A stretch of DNA of 20,000 nt from Chiloscyllium plagiosum (lineage: Eukaryota): assembly GCF_004010195.1 (NCBI RefSeq), contig NC_057719.1, forward strand, positions 67,772,783 to 67,792,782. Reading direction: 5' to 3'. The stretch's first letter is position 1, and every line of letters begins with the position of its first letter. The notes under the pieces were generated by a model. That model was not told where the DNA came from, ran no database searches, and was given only the letters and a program-made list of their open reading frames with translations. Shown piece after piece: positions 1-8,514 of the stretch. Position numbers and translations under genes: made by a program.

Positions 1-18
1 TTATTGCTCAAACACGAT

Positions 19-110
19 GTTGTGGATCTGGAGTCACATGTCAGCCAGAGCATATAAAGGTGGCAGATTTCCTTCCCTAAAGTAGGTTAGTGAGCTAGAT
101 GGGTTTTTCC
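19..110 (-). mobile_element. Fragment of tRNA-derived SINE body (same family as 11671-11950)
   Basis: The reverse complement of tctggagtcacatg...gatttccttccctaaa...ttagtgagctagatgggttttt matches ccatctggttcactaatgtccttgagggaaggaaa...tgactccaga in the plus-strand copy at about 11780-11850. Confidence 0.7.
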
Positions 111-580
111 AAGGCAAAATATTTTTTCTTAAATCTACATTTCGCCTGAGAGGAAATCTGACCATTGAGAACAAATCTTAATAGAACAAAAACCACAAAA
201 ATTTAGTGTTTGATGAAATGCTGTTTGACCAGCTTACTGATACTCAGTCAGGCATTTCCTGAACAAAATAGCATCATGCAGCATTAAGTGTGGCTGTAAC
301 CACAACACCTACATAGATGGTAAATTGAGAATGGCCAATGGCACGCGTTTGTCTTTCTTGAGTTGATCTTGCAGTGACAAGATTGCAATGTGAGTGTACT
401 TCATCCAGTTATAATCTGAAATCTGGAGTTTTAAGGCTCTTATTGAATGTGTTTTCCAATATGAATGGAATCTATGTTCCATAACAGGTATATCTGAGGA
501 ACAGCATTCAGCCCATCATACTTCATTGTTCTAGAAAGATGCTTTATCATTCATTCTCTCATTCATTATTCCAATTGTTT

Positions 581-716
581 AGAGTCACATTGTCATACAA
601 CACGGAAACAGACCTTTCCTATTCATATATATGTCCAAATATCTTTTAAATGCTGTAACTGTATCTGCATCTACCACTTCCTCTGGCTGTTCATTCCATA
701 TATGCACCACCCTCTG
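581..716 (-). mobile_element. CR1-type LINE 3' fragment (ORF2 C-terminus and 3' end)
   Basis: Minus-strand peptide QRVVHIWNEQPEEVVDADTVTAFKRYLDIYMNRKG is homologous to the ORF2 C-termini at 1081-1250 and 4713-4904. Confidence 0.85.
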
Positions 717-804
717 CCAGGTGGGATTTGAACCTGGGTCCCCAGGACAATACTGGACCTCTGGATTAATAGGAAATTTTTGCATCAGTCAAGTTAAGAA
801 ATGT

Positions 805-891
805 GGGCTCGTCCAGGATTTGAACCTGGGATCTCTCGCAAGTTTGCATAGAAGACCCAAAGCAAGAATCATACCCCCAGACCAACGAGCC
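805..891 (-). tRNA. trnP-TGG: tRNA-Pro(TGG) gene with a 15-nt intron (855-841); probably a pseudogene
   Basis: Minus strand: GGCTCGTTGGTCTGGGGGTATGATTCTTGCTT-TGG-G-[TCTTCTATGCAAACT]-TGCGAGAGATCCCAGGTTCAAATCCTGGACGAGCCC. The 72-nt mature part differs from the vertebrate tRNA-Pro consensus at about 5 sites: three CpG-type transitions, A14>G and one variable-loop change. The insert lies between nt 37 and 38. There is no clean T4+ terminator (TTTCTT). Confidence 0.9.
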
Positions 892-898
892 ACATGAT

Positions 899-980
899 TG
901 CCTGAAATATCGATTTTTCTGCTCTTCGGATGCTGCCTGACCTGCTGTGCTTTTCCATCACCAATCTAACCTAGACTCTG
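899..980 (+). mobile_element. Penelope-like terminal repeat fragment (decayed GAAAC-GTC hammerhead half)
   Basis: gcctgaaatatcgatt...gatgctgcctgacctgctg (929-947) is close to gaaatattaa...gatgctgccaaacctgctg (5850-5868). The Penelope assignment rests on recalled elasmobranch repeats. Confidence 0.5.
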
Positions 981-2277
981 GATTAATAGTCTAGTGAACA
1001 AAGAACAAAGAACAAAGAACATTACAGCACAGGAACAGGTCCTTTGGCCCTCCAAGCCTGCGCTGATCCATATCCTCTATCTAAATCACCTGTCTATTTT
1101 CTAAGCATCTGTATCCCTTTGCTCCCTGCCCAATCATGAAACTGTCTCGATACATCTTAATTGACGCATCCCTTCCCGTCCCTACCACCTTTGTTGGCAA
1201 CGCATTCCAGGTACCTACCACCCTCTGCGTGAAGGACTTTCCACGTATATCTCCCCTAAACTTTTCCCCTCTCACTTTGAACTCATGACCCCTAGTAATT
1301 GAGTCCTCCACTCTGGGAAAAAGTTTCTTGCTATCCACCTTATCTACACCTCTCATGATTTTGTAGTCCTCAATCAGGTGCCCCATCAATTGCCTTCTTT
1401 CCAATGAAAATAATCCTAATCTACTCAACCTCTCCTCATAGCCAGCACCCTCCATACCGGGCAACGTCCTGGTGAACCTCCTCTGCACCATCTCCAAAGC
1501 ATCCACATTGTTTTGGTAATGCGGTGACCTGAACTGTACACTGCATTCCAAATGTGGCCGAACCAAAGTCTTGTACAGTTGTAACATGACCTGCCAACTC
1601 TTGTACTCATTACTCTGGCCGATGAAGGAAAGCATGTCGTATGCCTTCTTAACTGCTCTATTGACCTGTGTTGCCACCTTAAGGGGACAATGGACCTGAA
1701 CACCCAGATCTCTCTGTACATCAATTTTCCTCAGGTCTTTTCCATTTACTGTATAGTTCGCTCTGGAATTGCATCTTCCAACATTCATCACCTCGCATTT
1801 GTCCAGATTGAACTCCATCTGCCATTTCTCTGCCCAACTCTCCAATCTATCCACAATATTCTCTGACAGTCCCCTTCACTATCTGCTACTCCACCAATCT
1901 TACTCTCATCTGTAAACTTGCTAATGAGGCAACCTACACCTTTCTCCAAATCATTTATGTATATCACAAACAACAGTGGTCCCAGCACGGATCCCTGTGG
2001 AACACCACTGGTCAAGGGTCTCCATTTTGAGAAGCTCCCTTCCACAACAACTCTCTGTCTCCTGTTGCACAACCAGTTCTCTATCCATCTACCTAGAGCA
2101 CCCTGGACCCCATGCAACTTCACCTTCTTCATCAGTCTACCATGGGAAACCTTTAATTGCCTTACTGAAGTCCATGTAGATGACATCCACATCCCTTCCT
2201 TCATCAAGCAACTTTGTCACCTCTTCAAAGACTTCTATTAGGTTTGTAAAACATGACCTTCCCTGCACAAACCATGC

Positions 2278-2790
2278 TGCTGTGGTTCTGTTCGCCGAGC
2301 TGGAAGTTTTTGTTGCAAACGTTTCGTCCCCTGTCTAGGTGACATCCTCAGTGCTTGGGAGCCTCCTGTGAAGCACTTCTGTGGTGTTTCCTCCGGCATT
2401 TATAGTGGCCTGTTCCTGCCGCTTCCGGTTGTCAGTTTCAGCTGTCCGCTGTAGTGGCCGGTATATTGGGTCCAAGTCGATGTGTTTGTTGATGGAGTTT
2501 GTGGATGAGTGCCATGCTTCTAAGAATTCCCTGGCTGTTCTTTGTTTCGCTTGCCCTATAATGGTAGTGCTGTCCCAGTCAAATTCATGTTGCTGGTTTG
2601 TGTGCTGTTATAAGTCCTAGTGGTCGCAGTAGTCTGGCTGTCATTTCAGAGATGTTCTTGATGTATGGTAGTGTGGCTAGTGCTTTGGGTTGCGGCATGT
2701 CCTCGTTCCGTTGTCTTTCCCTTAGGGACCTAGACAGGGGACGAAACGTTTGCAACAAAAACTTCCAGCTCGGCGAACAGAACCACAGCA
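2278..2790. repeat. 63-bp perfect inverted repeat (2278-2340 and 2728-2790)
   Basis: tgctgtggttctgttcgccgagctgg...cctgtctaggt is the exact reverse complement of acctagacagg...gaacagaaccacagca. Confidence 0.95.
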
Positions 2791-2828
2791 ACGAGTACCC
2801 GAGCTACAAATCTTCTCACAAATTTTGA
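2281..2828 (-). mobile_element. Penelope-like element, truncated and internally deleted, with inverted terminal arms
   Basis: Flanked by the direct repeat acaaaccatgctgc (2267-2280 and 2829-2842). Minus strand encodes LATLPYIKNISEMTARLLRPLG..AHKP (RT-endonuclease linker) and HEFDWDSTTIIGQAKQRTAREFLEAWHSSTNSINKHIDLDPIY (GIY-YIG C-terminal part). Confidence 0.9.
2315..2354 (-). ncRNA. Minimal hammerhead ribozyme motif of the Penelope element
   Basis: Minus strand: GCA-CUGAGGA-U-GUCACCU-AGAC-AGGGGAC-GAAA-CGUU-UGC. It has the CUGAnGA and GAAA cores, a stem II hairpin, a short stem I (GCA/UGC) and a palindromic AACGUU in place of stem III. Confidence 0.7.
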
Positions 2829-3604
2829 ACAAACCATGCTGCCTATCACTGATAAGCCCATTTTCTTCCAAATGGGTATGTATCCTATCCCTTAGTATCT
2901 CCTCCAGTAGCTTCCCAACCACTGTCATCAGACGTAATTACCTGGATTATCCCTGTTACACTTCTTAAACAAGGGGACAACTTTAGCAATTCTCCAGTTC
3001 TCAGGGACCTCCCCCCGTTTTCAAGGATGCTGCAAAAATATCTGTTAAAGCCTCAGCTACTGATAGGACAACACAATAAAGAGAACATTGGAGAAATTGT
3101 CAATAGTTCATTCCTGTTTACCCCATACCCCTGGCACACCTGCCTGTTGTTCCCAGGCCCAACTCTGCTGGTTGACAATGTGATTATTGTCCAAAGACAG
3201 AGGCCGATCTAATGCCTGGGGAGAACAAATGTTTCGTTTCCTGAGTACCAGAGACCTGTGGTGTTTCTACCTCGACCAGCTATGGAGCTGTGTCACTGAT
3301 CATCAGATTGTACTTCCGAGTCTGATGTAAGTAATAAACTCACTGAGGAAAAGGTCTGTGAGCTGCTGAGTTGTACAGATGAAAGTCTTGCCCGTGCATT
3401 TTCTCAGGACTCAATGGCTCCTTCTCAGTGATGGAAATGGAGCTGAGGGTCTCTGTCATTGGCCTCTTCCTTATGGAGGTTGCTTGGGTGCTTCTTCTAC
3501 CTGTACAAGTGAAGTAGTTTGCTGGAGAATATATGTAAAACCTCATGCAGAATAAGGTTAAGTTAGCACTGGTAATTATGACAAAATAGGACTCTCAGGG
3601 TGAG

Positions 3605-3750
3605 TTGCCTAGCGGTGTCTCCCCATCACCATGAGCAGTCCTTTCCACCTCAGCCAACCTGACTGTCATCTCCTCATGAGGAGTGAGGCCTGATGTCTGG
3701 CAACCTCCCTCTCATGCTCCCACTGCCTATGTTGGACCTCTCAGCTATCC
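3605..3750 (-). pseudogene. Possible remnant of a Harbinger-type Myb/SANT accessory gene exon
   Basis: After an acceptor-like ttccctttgtctcactgcag, a frameshifted peptide reads GRLPDIR/LTPHEEMTVRLAEVERTAHGDGE. This resembles, from memory only, the GGG.P...LTP.EE segment after Myb/SANT domains. Confidence 0.25.
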
Positions 3751-4484
3751 CTGCAGTGAGACAAAGGGAAGGATTGCACATAATGAAAGTGAGTGCAAGG
3801 GCAGTTAGTTTTCATGCATGAAAGATAGTGAGGTTTACCCAGTGATTAAGTAGGAAATGCAGAAGACAGGAGGGTTAGTAGTTGCAGAGGATGTGATAGG
3901 TGGAAGCACTTGAGTAGACATGAGGCATGTGATATTGTCTTTGATCATTGGTGAGAGTTATGTACAATGGCAGTTTTCAAGTTAGTAATGGCTTTTTGGA
4001 TATGAGGTAGCAAAGATGATGCCACTTATCCTAGCACAATTAATAAGATAGAATGTCTCAAGTGATTCCAACACTATAAAGGAAAGCAGTTAATAATAAA
4101 AACAGCCAAAAGACTGTGAAGAGATCCACAGGCTTTGGTTTATAAAGGTTTGAAGATAATGTTTTTTCAAGACTTTTCTGGGGCCATAATTAAGAAAAGG
4201 AAAACTTTTGATGATGTAATGAAAATGTAAGAGACTTAAATATTCAATATTCTCTGAGGTACCCAGCAGTGCTACGTTTTAATTAAGGGGGATCTGTCTA
4301 CAACTTCAATTCGGCAGAAAAAGTAAGAAACAGAAATTCAGACTGTAGGAGTGAACAACGCAGTCTGAGAATTATTCACATTTGATAAAGCATATGTATT
4401 TTGATTAAAAGCACTTAACATTGACATCGTTCACATTTACATTGGTTGAGTAAGATCTCAGATTTCAGTTACTCAGGAAGGAGG

Positions 4485-4982
4485 GATGTTTTGAAACTTG
4501 AAAGGGTTCAGAAAAGATTTACAAGGATGTTGCCAGGTTGAAGGATTTGAGCTGAGGGAGATGCTGAATAGGTTGGGGTTGTTTTCCCTGGACCGTCGAA
4601 GGCTGAGGGTGACCTCAGAGATTTATAAAATCATAAGGCGCATGGATGGGATGAATAGACAAGGTCTTTTCCTTGGGGTGGGGAGTCCAGAACCAGAAGG
4701 CATAGGTGTAAGGTGAGAGGGGAAAGGTATAAAAAGGACCTAAGGGGCAACTTTTTCACACAGAGGGTAGTACGTGTATGGAATGAGCTGCCAGAGGAAG
4801 TGGTGGAAGCTGGTACAGTTGCAATATTTAAAAGGCTTCTGGATGGGTATATGAATGGGAAGGGTTTAGAGGGATATGGGCCGGGTGCTGGCAAATGGGA
4901 CTAGATTAAGTTGGGATATCTGGGCAGCATGGACTAGATGGACTGAAGAGTCTGTTTCCATGCTGTACATTCCTATTCTATA
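4485..4982 (+). mobile_element. CR1-type LINE 3' fragment
   Basis: Encodes RVQKRFTRMLPG, LNRLGLFSLDRRRLR and DLRGNFFTQRVVRVWNELPEEVVEAGTVAIFKRLLDGYM. The 3' UTR ends gtctgtttccatgctgtac. Confidence 0.92.
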
Positions 4983-5227
4983 ACCTTGGTCGATTTAAAT
5001 AGAAACAATGTTCAAGCTCATGAAGAAAAGGCAGGAAGTTGAAATTAAGCCAGAAGGCTCAGAGAGCCAAATCAGACTTGATCAGCCAAACACCCTTCTT
5101 CTGCACTGATTCCACCAAGTCTCCAACACAAAGTTGTCCACAAGAAAAATCCTGTCCTCTTCTTTCAACAAAAGCAAATTCCTGCAGATTCTGAAAATCT
5201 GAAATAAAAGCAGAAATTGCAGGCAAT

Positions 5228-5375
5228 ATTTGATTTGATTCCATTTGATTTATTACTGTCACATGTATCAAGGTACAGTAAAAAGTATTGTCTTATGTGC
5301 TTTACAGATAAATCGTACTATTCAAGTGCATCAGGCTAACAGAACAGAGTGCAGGATATAATGTTACAGCTGCTG
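5228..5375 (-). mobile_element. Probable 3' end of another non-LTR retroelement
   Basis: An (atttg)n tail is followed by atttattactgtcacatgtatcaaggtacagtaaaaagtattg, resembling LINE 3' ends. The family is not assigned. Confidence 0.35.
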
Positions 5376-5392
5376 AGAGAGATTTTTTTTAA

Positions 5393-5704
5393 AGATTAGA
5401 TTAGATTCCCTACAGTGTGAATCAAGCCTTTCAGCCCAACAAGTCCACACTGATCCTCCGAAGAGTAGCCCACTCAGACTCACTTCCCTCTGACTAATGC
5501 ACCTAACACTACGGGCAATTTAGCATGGCCAGTTCACCTGACCTGCACATCTTTGGATTGTGGGAGGAAACCGGAGCACCCAGAGGAAACCCATGCAGAC
5601 GGGGGGAGAATGTGCAAACTCCACACAGACAGTTGCCCAAGGCTGGAATCAAACCTGGCGCCCCAGTGCTGTGAGGTAGCAGTGCTAACCACTGAGCCAC
5701 CGTG
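5393..5704 (-). mobile_element. HE1-like V-SINE
   Basis: Minus strand has a tRNA-like head (cacggtggctcagtggttagcactgct...ggtttgattccagcc), the V-domain gtgtggagtttgcacattctcccc...gggtttcctctgggtgctccggtttcctcccaca, a LINE-derived tail and an (aatct)n end. Confidence 0.9.
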
Positions 5705-8133
5705 ATCTGATCTGATCTGATCAACATTAACAGTACAGAGGTCCACTCAAAAGTCTCATCACAGATCTGGCACCATTTTGAAGAGAAAAACAGAGTAAAC
5801 ATTTAATATATATTAGACTTGAAATATTAACTCTGATTCTCTCCTCAAAGATGCTGCCAAACCTGCTGAACCTTTTCTAGCCCTTTATGTTTTTATTCCA
5901 CTCCTCTCACATTGGTAAACATTGCTCATCTTCAACATTTGTTGCGCTATTTTCCTCAAGTTTTAAAACCACTTGGCAAGGCAGTAGTCAAAAAGAGGAG
6001 GATGGGACTTTGGGGCTTCGAAATATATCTATGATCATACATAAAAGTGACATTTTGGTACACTTTATGCAACGAAAGGTCCTTTCTCTTCCTTTCCCTA
6101 ATACCCCTTGATGATGTTACCTCAATGGCTACAGCCAAGCAAGAGGCAAGCTGTTTGTTCTCCTCTGACTGCACAGTGGCATACGACTGACATCCTCTAT
6201 TATCTGGAGCCCATGAGCACATTGCTAAAGACTGTCCCATTTGCACCTGAGACAGGACAAGCAGCCATCAGGCGAGAAGGAAGAATGTGGGACTCAAGAT
6301 GAGATTTGGCAGGGACAGGGGTGTGGGTGATTGATGGGGATCACAAGTCAAGAAGAGTGGAAGCGCTTTGATGAGGGTCCTAACTTCCATGCTCGCCATC
6401 TCCATCTTCCCTCTCATGGTCTACTTGTGCTTCCCTACTAGCTCTGAGCAGTAGTACTACACTTCGATGAGATGCTGAAAAGTGACTTACGTATGGCATC
6501 AGTACAAAGGCCTGAGTTGTCATGGCACAGATAGTAGAAATGGACTATTCTAACCTCTCTTCAATTGTGCACACTGCCTCAGGAAATGCTGATCAATATT
6601 TCATTAGTGCTCTTGTTCCACCAGAATAATTATCTTCATTGATTCCCATTACTCAGCATCCAAATCAGGTTGAGCAGATCTTCGAGTGCCTTTCACCTTC
6701 TTATAGGGACTTGTCAATGCTTTCTCTGTATCCACCAGCTGTTTCTGCTGACTTATGATCTGTGACTGCCCAACAATCTGGGTCTGGGTATGTGTATATG
6801 AACTGTTGGAGGAAACATGTGAGTTGTGTGACAACGCTGTGTGGAATGTTCTGAGGACTCTTCATCCTCCTCCTGAGCTGGGTCTCGATAGACACTTTCA
6901 GATAAGAAATAAAACTGATAAAGTGTTTAGTTTGCTTGTTGACATCAAGTCAACATGAGTCAGCGTGGATAAGTGAAATCCCATTCTACCAACAGGTAGC
7001 CTGAAGACCGTCATCTCTCCACTGCCAGGGGTCAGGCACTCTGCAACTCTGATGCTTGCCACCTTGGTCAGGGTGGATGACCATCCCTGAAATTCTGTGC
7101 TTTCCTTCAATACTTACTGGAGAAGAGGAGAATTGTGAGAAGCAAGAATCTCAACGTGCAGTATGGAATGACAAGAGATGGCTCAGAGAACTAGGGGCTA
7201 GGATTCGGGAATCATCCCTGTAATAACTGCTTGCTTTTTTGTAGTTTAGAATGCCTCTCTTCTTGTTTAAGATCTCTTTGTCAAGTGAAACTTCAACAGT
7301 AAAACGCAAATTGTCATTAACGTGCTTGTTCTACTCTGTCGGGAAACCTGGAAATGGAATGCTAATCCCATGGTTTGGTGAAAAAGTCAATGAAGAAAAC
7401 ATTTCTCAAACATCCAGGTTCCCTTCCCGCCCCATGGAAAGCCATTCAAGGTATTAGCATTCAGCCCATTATCTTTGTCTCATGTCTTGTCAGTGAAAAA
7501 CATCCTCAGATTTGACACAGTTCTAAAAAAGACAGCAGATGGGTTGATGAATTTAATTGGAGTTCTGAACGAAATTCCGCATCAAAAGGATTCCTATTCA
7601 GCAGATATTTTAACGTGAGAAGATTTTTTTTTACTGCTACATCATTCTGAAACCACCCAATTGAATAAATTAAGTTTTTTTTTAATTGTACGATTGTTTG
7701 AGAAGTGACTGTCTAAAATGCATCACAAGTTCAACATTTTTACATTCACTCCTCCTCAAATAATTCAAGGTAGAAGACCTGCCCAAAAACGTATAAATTT
7801 CATGGGATGTCTTAGCCTCCTCTGAAGAAAGCCATTGGAATTGTGGGTTGGGACTATTGGTGATGATAAAAGGCTTCCAAATAGTTTGCATAAAATTAGA
7901 AATTGGTGTGAATCTAATTTTCTCAGCAAGTCAGCAATGCAATAAAAATACTTTTAAGAAAGATTTCAAGAATAAATGTTAATAGCTAAAACAGATGTAC
8001 TGGAGTGGGGACAGATGTTAGCATGTTAACAATGTGAAAGTTGACTGTCTCCCTGTCTTCATGTATCTAGCTCAGAGATTAATGGAGGTAGACAACCAGT
8101 CTGCACGCAGGACGCATATCAGCAATGTCAATA

Positions 8134-8514
8134 CAGAGGAACCTTGATTATCCGAATATCAATTATCCGAATTTCAGATTATCTGAAGAAGATCTCAAGA
8201 TCCCAATAGAAACATTATATCAAAGAGGTTTTTTAACACTGATCTCATCTTTTGTTTACAATGATTAAAATTAAACCCAGCTTACTGAAATGTTGCTGAG
8301 GATGGCTTCAGCAGTACTGCAGGTCCCTTACACTTTGTTTCTCCTCAGAAACAAACCTTGAGACAGAGGCAGGGAGCAAGGCAGGCAGAGCAAGGAAAAA
8401 AGAAACTTCAGAAAACTCTGAGCCCCAGAGGAGAGGCATTGAATCAATTAACCAAATAATCAATTATCTGAACAAAATAGTGCCCACCCATCTCAGATAA
8501 TCGAGGTTCCTCTG
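8134..8514. mobile_element. Tigger/pogo-like (Tc1/mariner superfamily) MITE, 381 bp
   Basis: TA target duplications at 8132-8133 and 8515-8516. The 22-bp TIRs are cagaggaaccttgattatccga and the reverse complement cagaggaacctcgattatctga (20/22 identical). Subterminal attatc(c/t)gaa repeats are present and there is no transposase. Confidence 0.88.

Larger units (their letters stand above)
717..996 (-). mobile_element. tRNA-derived SINE head, split by an insertion (717-772 and 976-996)
   Basis: Minus strand reads ctattaatccagag...ctggggacccaggttcaaatcccac, containing a B-box (GGTTCAAATCC). It resembles ctggggaccctggattcgaatc at 11671. The sequence ctctggattaatag is duplicated at 759-772 and 976-989. 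Confidence 0.65.
996..3059 (-). mobile_element. 5'-truncated CR1/HER1-like LINE, RT pseudogene, interrupted by a Penelope insertion
   Basis: Minus-strand motifs include VVGKLLEEILRDRI..QHG, SGVPQGSVLGPLLFVIYINDL, KFTDE (decayed FADD), RDLGV, LYKTLVRPHLE and FTQRVVGTWNALP. The 3' tail is (TTCTTTG)n at 996-1020. Frameshifts are present. Confidence 0.95.
5165..5900. mobile_element. Decayed palindromic Penelope-derived non-autonomous repeat, split by nested insertions
   Basis: The left part (5165-5228) is gcagattctgaaaatctgaaataaaagcagaaattgc. The right part has inverted arms cagagtaaacattt (5791-5804) and aaatattaactctg (5822-5835), followed by gatgctgccaaacctgctg. Confidence 0.4.

Noticed and set aside
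717..760. Second tRNA gene (B-box GGTTCAAATCC on the minus strand)
   Set aside because: It forms no cloverleaf and matches the SINE head also seen at 11671.
996..1020. (gaacaaa)n as an independent microsatellite or CRISPR-like array
   Set aside because: It is the tandem 3' tail of the minus-strand CR1 and has no spacers.
1081..1854. Longest ORF (257 aa) as a host gene
   Set aside because: It is the C-terminal piece of a frameshifted CR1 ORF2 whose RT catalytic motif has decayed to FTDE.
5509..5802. ORFs of 97 and 70 aa
   Set aside because: They are chance translations of the HE1-like SINE.
5887..7457. Cluster of 60-96 aa ORFs on both strands
   Set aside because: They show no recognisable motifs or coherent exon chain; the region may be an old repeat but cannot be assigned.
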